From NCBI GenBank assembly GCA_002245135.1, contig NGBS01000621.1:1-64000 (forward strand): DNA of 64,000 bases. Reading direction: 5' to 3'. The translations under genes and the position numbers were made by a program. This document shows, in pieces, positions 25,109-37,213 of the stretch; position 1 is the first letter of the stretch, and every line of letters begins with the position of its first letter. The notes beneath the pieces are model-generated. The model was not told where the DNA came from and searched no databases. It was given only the letters and a program-made list of their open reading frames with translations. The DNA comes from Proteromonas lacertae. Taxonomy: Eukaryota.

Positions 25109-26224
25109 ATGAGCTATGTACAAGCTACAATAAATGTGAAAACTGTGTTGCAATATATCGATGCAATAAAAAATAGTAAAAATATTTAAATACATTCCTT
25201 AGATCGCTCATTAAAGTCTTTTATAAACATATCTAAAACAGATATTGAAAAACTACGAACTTCATCAGACGATTATCACCAATTCAATGTAGATCCAGAT
25301 AAAGCACTAAATGAGCTGATGAGTCTATCACAGAAGATAAAAAAGATGAATTTAAAGAAACTCAATATTGAAAATGCAATAAAGAAGAATCTAGAAGCAA
25401 AAGAGATATTGATACTAGAAGAGAAGAAGGAGAGTATTAATTATAACAATCACAGATAAATAGATTTTAGTGAAGAATATGATGCATTTCAAAGCGAAAA
25501 GGTGAGGATAAATGAAGAGATACAATCAATACAAAAGAAATCAGAAAATAAAAAGAAAGAATTAAAAGAGTTGGAAAGTCAAATAGAGAAGTTTTTATCA
25601 GATAATACAAAGATGGTTAGGGAATTAAGAAAAACACGAAATAACACAGAAATTAGTTTATCTTCGTTGAATTCTAAAGTATATCATTGAAAATTATATA
25701 TAAATATGAATAGTTAAATGATATTAGGAATAAAATCAAAACACTTAAATTTCAACTTCATTTAGATATGAATGAAAGGAAAATAATAGAGAAAGAATTA
25801 GAGAATAAGATAAATGAATATGATGTATATATTAAAATTATTATATTAAATGAAATAGAATATAATTAAAGATAATGTAACAATCCAAATATCAAACAAA
25901 AATATAGAAAATAAGCTTGAAGAAGATTTGATTAATTCATTAAACTTATCAACAGATGATAGTGTGAATAACAGTATCAATGAAGAAACTACTATTACAT
26001 TGTCTAAGACAGAATTTGATGAATTGCAGAGAAAATATAAAAGGAAAAACACAGTTAATAATGATAAAGAGATTTTGAAGAATGATTTAGAGTTTTTAAA
26101 ACAAGAGAATGATGATTTAAAGATGAAGAATGATATAATAGTGAAGTTTATGAAAACTGTAGAAATGAGAAGCAAATGTCCATTGTTTTCACCAGTGAGA
26201 AGAAGAAAATCATCTCGTTTGTAA
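25109..26224 (+). CDS. Hypothetical coiled-coil protein (multi-intron)
   Basis: ATG 25109. K/E-rich heptad exons are linked by ~27-37 nt GT-AG introns. Ends SPVRRRKSSRL. Confidence 0.7.
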
Positions 26225-26343
26225 AAATAGATTTTAATTAACAATTTATTTATTCATTTTTTTGTATTTCTTCTTTGTAAAATTAGAATAAAATTACAAC
26301 TGTTTTAGAGTATAAAATTAATTAATAAGAATATAAACAAATT

Positions 26344-28654
26344 TTAATTATATAAAACATACTTCATATAACAACTCTTCCATACTTCCATTGAAGAAGG
26401 CATATAATGAGGATATAAGATCTTTTCATGAGGTTTATAATTTGGATTGAGAAAGTCTTTTATACTATTGAGATTATATTAATAAATATATTACAATATA
26501 CTGTTCTTTATCAAATACATAACTCCAAATCGATAATGAAGTACCTTCAACATTCGTTTCAGTTTTTTCTCTTTCACAATTATACAAGAAATTTCCAAAT
26601 AAACAACTATGAATATGATCTGCAATAAAACACAATAAATTGTTATTAAACTCAACTTCAATATTAAATTGAATCATAATTTGATGAATAACATCTAACC
26701 ACTGTATAAAAATAGGACTCCATTCAGAATTAGGCCATTTCTTACCATGTGCACATCGATCTAAGAACTTAAATCCAAAAGAACAAAACTCTTTTTCTAT
26801 TAACAGAGCAAATCCATGTAAACTTCTATAAAATGGATCTAATAAGAACTCCACTGTTGCACAGAGTTGCGCTGTTCTATCCCAACCATCACTACAATGG
26901 ATTAATACACTACATTCATCTTCTATTAATACATCTATAATTTCAGTACTTCCTTTAATAATTGAACTTAAATGATTTAACCATTTTGATTTACTAATCT
27001 CATGAAATAATTCATCACCATTTTTAGAAAGTGCTTTGCCCATTTTAATGAATGATTCTCTCATTGCATGTATGTTTTCTATTGATAAATAATGATATGT
27101 AATATGTTTATAATAAGAAACTGATTCATGACCTCCTCCTCTAACTTTATTACCATTTGCTGCGATTGGTTTTCTTGCATCGAATATATGTAATGGAATA
27201 TTCTCTTCATTGTGAGTTTGAGTTAGACTCTTTTGATTTAATGGACTATATACAAAATAATAATATTTAATATATACAATGTTCTACAAATATCTAAATA
27301 TTTTCTATCTGAATTACTATTTTTACCAATTATTCCTGTTCTTGGTTGACTACATCTTAATAATAGCACGTTTGTTGATAGATTAGTCCAAATTATTGCA
27401 GGTATTCTTGCTTTAGATCTATAGGATGCAACATCATCAATTAAATCTTCAGTCACTTGAATTGGAACATAAAATACTTTTGGATAAGTTGGTGATAATT
27501 GAAATTCACTATTTTCTATCTTTCTGAATTTATCATTATTGAATATATTCAATCTTTTGAAATCTTCGTTGATTTGTATAAGTTCCCATCCTTTATTATC
27601 TGCTTGTGATCTTACATGTGCAAATACAGTAGTCATATCATGAACTCTTATTCGTTTATCTAATTCATCAATAAACTTTTGTATTTCTTCTTTGGAACTA
27701 TATTAAATATTAGAATAATAATAATAATAATAATAATAATATATATATATACCCACTGAAATATAACTCTAAATTCGTCATAGTATCTTTTGTAGTAATA
27801 ATTAATTGTCTTTGTTTAATAAATTTATAATCAGCAATATCCAACACAGGAATACTAAATCTTAAAGACATATAATTATCAGGTTCAACTCCTAATGGTG
27901 GAAATAACAATCTAAAATTCGTCAACACTAATATTCCATGTAAAGATGATTTATGACTATTTATATCACATATTTTACATAACACCACCAATATATGAAA
28001 CTACAAATTCACCTTGATAAGTGTCAGGTATTAATGCAATTCTTTGGAAATCTTCAATCGTTCTTTCTCCTGATGGTGGTAAGCCTGTTACACTGGTAGA
28101 CCATAGTAATAGAAATGCGGGTAAGGAGTTGGCAATGGCTGTACGGAATACACTGAAGAAGGAGAAGAAATCTATTTCATTCCCTAAGGATTTAACCATT
28201 CTATTTTATATTATTTATATAATAATATATGTATATACGTTTCTACAATAGATTCATCAGATTGTTCCCCATTATCTATCAACATCTTCTGTATTGTTTC
28301 TGCGTTTATTTGTTTGTATTTGAATAATATATCTGAATAAAATTGATTACATATAACTCCGAATAATTGAGTATCTCTTAGAAATCCTAAGAATTTGGCT
28401 CGCTCATCATCATCTTCAAATTGGTAATACTTCTTTTTGTTGTGATTTACAAATTGAAGAGATATTATGGAATTTGGCTTTTCTTTATATCTTATTATAT
28501 CATTTACTGAATATTTTTTCTCTTTTTTGCCTTTCATTGTCACGATTACTTGATAAGTAGGACAAATCAATAATTGTATGGGTTTACTCATTGCAGTATA
28601 TTTTTGTAGAGCACTAAATATCATAGATCTCTCTGTCTTATATTTATAGATCAT
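26344..28654 (-). CDS. Myotubularin phosphoinositide 3-phosphatase, paralogue A (canonical active site)
   Basis: GRAM-like GILVLTNFRLLF, LSPTYP, RSKARIP, RCSQP, IFDARK, NIHAMRESF, HCSDGWDRTAQ, SPIFIQWLD, FGNFLYNCERE. Confidence 0.95.
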
Positions 28655-28810
28655 AGGTAGTGAGAAAAATTAAAAAAAGTCAGTTACGATATGACATGTA
28701 AAATAGGTAAAATTTACATTTTTATTATTCTTTGCATCTCTCCCTTAATTATTCATTTATATGTGATAAAGAACTTTTATGTTTGTTAATACATTTTATA
28801 CAATAAGATT

Positions 28811-28857
28811 GTTCATGAAGATTCGAGAATTTAATAAATGTGTTTCTAGAAATTTCT
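28811..28857 (+). promoter_or_regulatory. Two heat-shock elements upstream of Hsp104/ClpB
   Basis: gTTCatGAAgaTTCgaGAAt (4 alternating nGAAn units, 28811-28830) and tTTCtaGAAatTTCt (3 units, 28843-28857), about 70-115 bp before the ATG at 28928. Confidence 0.85.
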
Positions 28858-28927
28858 GAAGAAATTCAAATTATTTTTTATTCTTAAATTTCTTGATAAA
28901 ACATCACTACATCATTAATTATAGATT

Positions 28928-31548
28928 ATGAGTTCTCAAAATTTAACAAACGCTGTAATAGATATAATAAAGAGCGCTGAAAGCTTAGCGAAAGCTAATA
29001 AAAATGCACAGATAAACCCAGCACATATAGCATGTGCAACATTTCAAGATACCTCAGGCATAGTAGATAAGATAATGAAGAAAATAAATATTAAACCTAA
29101 GACAATAGTAAAAGCATTTCAAGAACAAATAAAGAAATTACCATCACAATCACCAGCACCAGAAAGATATGAGTTTTCTTTGTTAGGAAATCAGATAATG
29201 AGAAAGGCACAAGAGTTAGCAGCAGATCAAGGTGATACACATGTAGCAGTCGATCATTTACTCCTCAGTCTTATATGATGATTCACAAACATCACAAATA
29301 TTAGCAGCAGAAGGTGCAAATCAATTTTTAGTAAATAGAGCAATAAAAGAGATACGAGGTAATAAAAAAGTCACATCACAAGATGCAGAAAGTACATACG
29401 ATGCATTAAGGACATATGGTACAGATTTGACTGAATTAGCTGAAATGGGTAAAATCGATCCAGTAATAGGAAGGGATGATGAGATTCGTAGAGTGATTAG
29501 AGTATTAGCTAGAAGGACTAAAAACAATCCAGTATTAATAGGAGAACCAGGCGTAGGTAAAACAGCAATAGTTGAAGGATTAGCACAAAGAATTGTTCAG
29601 AAGGATGTGCCAAAGACATTACAATGTAAATTAATGTCATTAGATATTGGTGCATTAGTGGCTGGTGCTAAATATAGAGGTGAATTTGAAGAAAGATTAA
29701 AAGCTGTAATTAAGGAAGTTGAAGAGAGTGAAGGTAATATAATATTATTCATTGATGAATTACATTTGTTATTAGGAGCTGGTAAGACTGAAGGATCAAT
29801 GGATGCTGCAAATCTGTTAAAACCAATGCTAGCAAGAGGACAATTAAGATGTATAGGTGCTACAACCTTAGAAGAATATCAGAAATATGTAGAGAAGGAT
29901 AAAGCCTTTGAAAGAAGATTTCAACAAGTATATGTTGGTGAACCATCAGTAGAAGATACCATTGCAATATTAAGAGGTTTAAAAGAAAAATATGAGAGTT
30001 ACCATGGTGTACAGATCAATGATAGTGCTTTAATTTTAGCAGCTCAATTATCTAGCCGTTACATAACGGATAGATTTTTACCAGATAAAGCCATTGATTT
30101 AGTGGATGAAGCATGTGCAAATATAAGAGTACAATTAGATAGTCAACCAGAAATAATAGATGAATTAGAAAGAAAACAAATGATGTTAGAAGTAGAATTA
30201 ACAGCTTTACAGAATGATAAAGAAGCTAAGAATGCGAATAGAATAGGTAAAGTGAAAGAAGAATTGGATGGAATAAAAGCAGAGTTAGAACCATTGAGAA
30301 AGAAACATGAAGAAGAGAAGAGCAGAGTGGATGAGATTAGATTATTGCAAAATAAGAGAGATGCATTACATTCAAAACTAGCAACAGCAGAAAGAAACCA
30401 TGAAACTGACAAAATTGCAGATATTAAATTCTATGCTATTCCAGAAGTAGAAAACAGAATTAAAAAATTGAGTGAAGAATTAGAAAAGGAGAAGAATAAT
30501 AAAAACAAATTATTGAGAGAAGTGGTTGATAATGATCAAATTGCTTTAGTCGTTAGTAGATGGACTGGGTATTCCAGTAAATAGATTAAACTCCACAGAG
30601 AAGGAAAGATTATTGCATTTACAAGACAGGTTACATCAAAGAGTGGTTGGACAAGATGTTGCAGTTCAAGCAGTTAGTCAAGCCATTTTAAGAAGTAGAG
30701 CAGGATTGGGAAGGAAGAATCAACCAACTGGTAGTTTTTTATTCTTAGGTCCAACTGGTGTTGGTAAAACTGAATTAGCTAAGACATTAGCCTTGGAATT
30801 ATTTAATGATGATAGTCATATCATTAGAATAGATATGTCTGAATATATGGAATCGCATACAGTGTCAAGATTAATAGGTGCACCACCAGGTTATGTTGGT
30901 TATGATGAAGGAGGTCAATTAACAGAAGCAGTGAGAAGAAGGCCATATAATGTAGTATTATTTGATGAAGTAGAGAAGGCACATCCACAGGTTATGTCAA
31001 TATTATTACAAGTAATGGATGATGGTAGATTAACAGATGGTCAAGGAAGAACAGTCGATTTCAGTAATACAGTGATAATAATGACAAGTAATTTAGGTGC
31101 TGATGTATTATTGGATGATGGATTAACTAATTACAGTAATAAAAAGACAAATACAATCTCAGAAGAAGCAAAAACTAAAGTAATGAATGTAGTAAAAAAA
31201 TTCTTTAAACCTGAGTTTTTAAATCGTTTGGATGATATTGTAATGTTTAATCCATTATCTGAAGAGAATATATTGAATATTACAAAGTTACAAATTGATA
31301 GAATTAATAATAGGTTAAATGATAGAGACATTAAGATAATTGCAGAAGAAAGTGCATTAAAATACATAGCAGAACAAGCCTATGATCCACTATATGGTGC
31401 TAGACCATTGAGAAGGTACTTGGAGCAGAAGGTTGTGACTGAAGTTTCACAAATGATAATTCGAGATGATTTACTTGAACACTGCAATATTATCATTTCT
31501 ATGAAAGAGAAGAAGTTAATATACATGGTGAAGAAATTATCACAATAA
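28928..31548 (+). CDS. clpB: Hsp104/Hsp101/ClpB disaggregase (apparent 1-nt insertions near 29272 and 30567)
   Basis: Clp N-domain, [20 protein letters not shown], coiled-coil middle domain, [26 protein letters not shown]. Confidence 0.96.
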
Positions 31549-31632
31549 AACAAAACAAAAGTAAAATATAGATTATAGTAATTTAAGAAATTTTTGTTAA
31601 TTTTATTATATATGTATATAACTGTATGTATT

Positions 31633-33910
31633 TTAATGATAAATATACTTCATATAACAATCTTTCCATAATTCTAACGAAGCTAATGAATATTTGGGAG
31701 TTATAACTCTATTTCTTGGATTGTAAGATGGATTAATATATTTCTCTTTTTCATTGGTTGCAAAAACATCAATCCAAATAGATAATGTCTTATCTTCAAT
31801 CTGAAAATCATCTCTCTCTTCCATACAATTATATAAGAAATTACCATAAACACAACTATAAGTATGAGTTACAATAAACTGTAATAATTCATCATTAAAT
31901 TCAATCTCATTGTTATACTGTAATATAAATTGATGGATTATATCTAACCACATTACGAATAATGGGCAGAATGAGGGATTTGGCCATATTTTGCCATGTG
32001 CACATCGATCTTGAAAGGGAAATCCATAATAACACCATTCCTTCTCGATTAATATAGCAAAACCTTCTAATGTTCGATAATATGGATCAATTAGAAACTA
32101 AAATAAATAAATAAATAATAATATATAAATATATACTTCTACAGTTGAACATAATAATGCACTTCTATCCATTCCATAAGTACATTGACACAATACACTA
32201 CATTCTTCATTAATTAATGCATTTGCTACTTTTATACTTGCTTCAATCACTCTACTTTGATAATTAAGCCATTTGGATTCTGACATTTTCATTGTATAAG
32301 TGATTCCTCTGTCAGAAAAAGCTTCTCCCATTTTGATAAATGCATTTGTAATTGATGATAATGACGGTAAATTGAGATAATTGTAGATTATATTATCATA
32401 TCGACCTACTACTTTCTCTACCTCCTCCTGTTATTTTATCAGTACTTTCTTCAGAACTCTAAATAATCATAAAATAATAAAATAATACACTTCTTGCATC
32501 AAATATATAAAGTGGTATATTCTCCATCGTATAACTTTGAGTTTTACTATCAACAGATAAAGGCATTGTTCTGTATAGATTCAATAATGTAATATCTTCT
32601 TTACATTTGAAATTCAATAAACCAGGTTTAGGTTGAGCAGATCTCACTAAAACTACACTTGTCTTTGGATTTGTCCATGTAATTATTGGTACACGAAATA
32701 ACTTCCTATATAATCTTACTTTCTCTAATAATTCAACATCTAATCCGTGGGATATATAAAACTGACGTGGATATGTTTCAGTTATACCATAATTATAATT
32801 AGTAACTGATAAAAACTTCGGGTTATTATCCATTTTTAATCGTTTATAATCTACAAAAGCAGCATAAGTATTCCAACCTTTATCATAAGGTAGTGACCTT
32901 GATCTTACAAACAATGAAGTAATTGCATTAACACGCACTCTTTTATATAATTCATCTACAAATCTTAACATCTTTGATTCATCATCGCAGGAGTTAAAAT
33001 AGAAATGAATACTTGTCATTGTATCTTTAGTTGTTATTACCATTTCATTGGTTCGAATTAATTCAAATTTTGCAATGTCTAATACGTAAATTGAAGATCT
33101 TAATTGACTATAAGTTGGTGGTTCACTCCCTAATGATGGAAATATTAATCTTAAATTAGTTAATATAAACATTCCGTGTATTGTCGTTAGTTTACTTTCT
33201 ATTTCACACATTTTACATACACCACTTAAATAGGAAACTGTATATTCACCATCATATTGTTTTGGCATAATGGAGATTCGTTGATAGTCTTCAATTGACC
33301 TTTCACCGATTGGTGGAGCTGCTACTATATTCTTTGACCATAATGTCAGTAATTGAGGTAAAGTACTAGCGATGGTGGAACGATATACTCTGAAGAAGGA
33401 GAAGAAGTCTGGTTCTTGGCCTAATGACCTTATCATATTTTCTATCACTTCATCGGAAGTATTTAGGTCATTATCAGTTAACATTTCTGATAAACCTTCA
33501 AAATCAATGAATTCATATTGTGATAATATTGTATGATAAATTCCTGATGCTATTACACCAAAAAGTTGGATATCTCTCATAATTCCTATGAATAAAGACA
33601 TTTCCATATCATTTTGAAATACGAAATATTTCTTTGGTCTAAAAATTATATCATTCAAATATACTTCTTTTGAAAAAACCTCAACGAAAGTAATGTTTTT
33701 GATTTTCGCTTGTATCTTATTACATCTGATAGATTATATTGTTTTTCTTTTTTAGCTTTCTTTATGATTAATTGTTGAAATGATGGACTTAAAGTAAGAG
33801 TTGTAGTCTTAGTTGGCATTTTACCTCCATACCTATATCATAAACAAATGTGAATACGATTGTTTAACTTCAAAACTATAAGCTTTTTCAGTTTTGAAGG
33901 CTGATTCCAT
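31633..33910 (-). CDS. Myotubularin paralogue B with divergent active site (QCTYGMDRS)
   Basis: Colinear with paralogue A over its whole length (GERSIEDYQRI, FILTNLRLIFP, ETYP, RSAQP, DRCAHGK, YGNFLYNC). The catalytic loop is altered. Confidence 0.9.
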
Positions 33911-34001
33911 AGATATGTTGAAGTTGAAAAATATTCAAACCTTCAAACCAATTTGTGTAATTTACATGTAATTTGGTAATTGTTATTTTTCTCTTTAAGC
34001 A

Positions 34002-35174
34002 ATGGGTAAAACAAAATATAAACCTTTAAATAAATCTAAAATTGAAATAATAACAGTGGAAGATGATTTTGTAATTGATGAAATACCCTCATTTACACAA
34101 ACAAGTGAAAGACCTTCAGTTCAATCTAGTTTACAATCCCACAATAAGCAACAGAAGAGAAGAAGCGATTATATTAAAGGAATTATTCTTATTATTCTTG
34201 TTAATGTGTTATGGATTATTGGGAGTGAAATTGTTCAAGTATAAATGTTATATTATAGTTACTAGAATGTATTTTATACAAGGTATACATTAGAAGATCC
34301 ATATATTCTAACTTATATAACATATTCAATTTTCGTCTTTTATCTCACTAAATCATTTTTATTTTTTCTATGGAATGTAATAACATGTAAAGTATCATAC
34401 AAAATACCAGAAATCGATTATAACTATTGTACAGTAGTTGTAGCTTTATGTTTTTTCTGGTTTTTATCTGGTTATCTATACAGTTATTCATTTCAAACAA
34501 TCTCAGTTGCAAGCAATACAGTATTAAGTAATTCAACCAGTTTATTTACACTATTCTTTAGTACATGTATTTTAGGTGAACTGTTAACAAAACGAAAGAT
34601 GTTGTCTGTTTTATTATCGATATTAGGAATTGTATTTATAGCAATAAGTGATAATGATAATAATGAGAAATTTGAAATAAATATTGGAGATTTATGGTGT
34701 TTATTATCATCATTTTTGTATATATATATATATATCTTATTTAATATTATTATTATTTTAATGATTAGTTATGCAATTTATTCAGTGTTATTAACAAAAT
34801 ATATTTCATCTGATGAACCAATCACTATATTGTATGGAAGAATGAGTTGTTTAGTGATAATCATATTTGGATTGCCTCGTTTCATTATGTTTGGTTTTGA
34901 TATGTCATTTCAGGATATTCCACTCTCTCTGTTGGTATTTATTATTCTTAAAGCGTTAGTTACAAATTTCATATCTGATATTTTATATGCTAAGTCTGTT
35001 TTATTGACTAGTCCTACAGTTGCTTCATTAGGATTGACATTATCTATTCCTCTTGCATTTTTGTTAGATTTTATATTCAACAAACCAAATCCTACATTGA
35101 TTGCTATTATTGGAGCTGTTTTAATGATTATTGGATTTGTTTTAATGAATTTATCTTCTTATTCTCAACAATAA
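34002..35174 (+). CDS. SLC35F5/Thi74-like DMT (EamA) transporter
   Basis: KGIILIILVNVLWIIGSEIVQ, SVASNTVLSNSTSLFT, GDLWCLLSS, SVLLTSPTVASLGLTLSIPLA. Confidence 0.88.
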
Positions 35175-35237
35175 TTTAATTATTTATGCCGTTATTTATA
35201 TGATTAAGGTAAAAATGAAAAGAAAAAAAAGAATAAT

Positions 35238-35563
35238 TTAACCGATTATTGCATTTACAGTAACTTCTAAATTACCTTCATGTTGTCTTAAAAGAGTCTC
35301 TGCTCTACTATTTGTATATTCAAACTCATCAACCAAAAATTGAACATCTTCTTTCTTTAACTTTATTACATTAACTCTATAAGTAAAATAAATTGAATGA
35401 TAATATACGAAGCAGCTGGCTTGCTTGCAGTTTCTGTGAATTTTGATGAAGCACCCTAAACAATTAAATAATATTATAATACTGATTGAAGTACAGTCTT
35501 ATCATCTCCACCTTCTCCAGCTGACATATTATTGAGCTGTTCATTCGCTTTATCAGAATTCAT
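35238..35563 (-). CDS. HYPK: HYPK (huntingtin-interacting protein K; NatA-associated UBA protein), two introns; missed by the ORF track
   Basis: The spliced product ends VIKLKKEDVQFLVDEFEYTNSRAETLLRQHEGNLEVTVNAIIG, which is the HYPK UBA-like signature. Confidence 0.8.
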
Positions 35564-35646
35564 TTTTTTAATTATCAAGCCAAATCACACTATTTCAAAT
35601 AGGTTTTTAAGAATCTTGATTTTAGAAGGATATTGCAAGTATTATA

Positions 35647-37174
35647 ATGGAAAATTATCAATTATATGGAGAAATTGCTAAAGGATCATATTCTACCATG
35701 TATTTACATCAATATCATACGAATTTGTTATTTTTAGATATAAAGGAAGAGAGAAGAATTCATTAAAGTATGTAGCAATAAAGGCAGCAGCTATTACGGA
35801 AATTGGCAGAGTATTTCAATGTATTTCTATTGGTTTAGATGCAAACTGAAGTAGTTATAATGAATAAATTGAAACATCCAAACATTCTCAGATTCTATAA
35901 CTGGTATCAGTCAAGAAGTCACTTATGGATTGTAGAGGAATATTGTATTGGTGGTGATTTAGCTACAGCTTTAAAAACTGATCAAATAATGCCAATTCCT
36001 ACCATTAAAATATTCGGTGTAGATATTATGTCAGGTCTATACGAACTTCACAAGAATAATTACATTTATGAAGATTTAAAACCTTCCAACATCCTTATTG
36101 ATGAATATGGTAAATTAAAACTTAGTAATTTCGGCTTATCTCAATCAATTTCAGTAATAAAAAATGATATTGATCATAAGAGAAGAGGTACCCCGTATTA
36201 TATGGCTCCCGAGCTATTTATTGATAATGGAGTGCCAAGTACAGCATCAGACTTATACGTATATATATCTATATGAAATTAATTTATATAATTAGTCATT
36301 TGGCTGTGTCTTGTATGAATTATATACAGGTACAACTCCTTTCCAAGCAACGCCAATTAATGAATTATTATACAATGTGTTATACAAAGATATCGATTTT
36401 ACACTGATTGACAACATTGAAGAAGATTTCCTATCATTATTGCGAGGTTTATTGTATATACAATTGATATTATATAAATATAGAGCAAAAGATCCGCAAA
36501 AGAGAATGAAATGGGAAGATGTGTTTAATCATCCATTTTGGGATGTTATTTTACCACCTTCTTCTCAATATATCAACACACCTAACGAACCAGCCTATCA
36601 ACAATTCATCAATTCTAAATCCTATATTGATTTCTACCATAATAACAACAATAAAACAGTCAATATTGAAAGATTAACTCATCATAGTATAAGGAAGTTA
36701 TATTCTACTAATGTTGAACCTATTAATAATAATAAACTATCTAATAATAATAATAATAATAATACAATTACACCAATGAAAGATCAAGAATTGAGCTTTA
36801 CAATTGATGTAGAAAATGATAATACACCTAATACACCTAATACAGGTAATACAGGTAATACAAATACAGTTGTACTTCATAAAACACCATCATTATTGCC
36901 TAAAGTGAGTATGTTACCTCCAAAGAGTGAATATACACGACATCAAGAGAAGGCTGATATTGATATTAATGATATAAAACAACAACAACAAATGCAGAAT
37001 TTAGATCAATCAATCTACAGTGATGATAATAATATTGATAATGTATATTATATTACATTATGTTTATCTATATATAGTTACTATATCACCGTACTGATTA
37101 TAATGTAACTCCATTAGCTGGTAATTCATGGTTGGATTTACCATATGATTGTCAATATTCAAGTATAATTAAAA

Positions 37175-37213
<39 letters not shown>

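Noticed and set aside
29265..30575. Programmed ribosomal frameshifting (Euplotes-like) or pseudogenisation of Hsp104, RecQ and others
   Set aside because: The breaks share no AAA-TAR or slippery motif, occur in both directions, mostly fall in short homopolymers, and the flanking protein is fully conserved. Sequencing error is more parsimonious.
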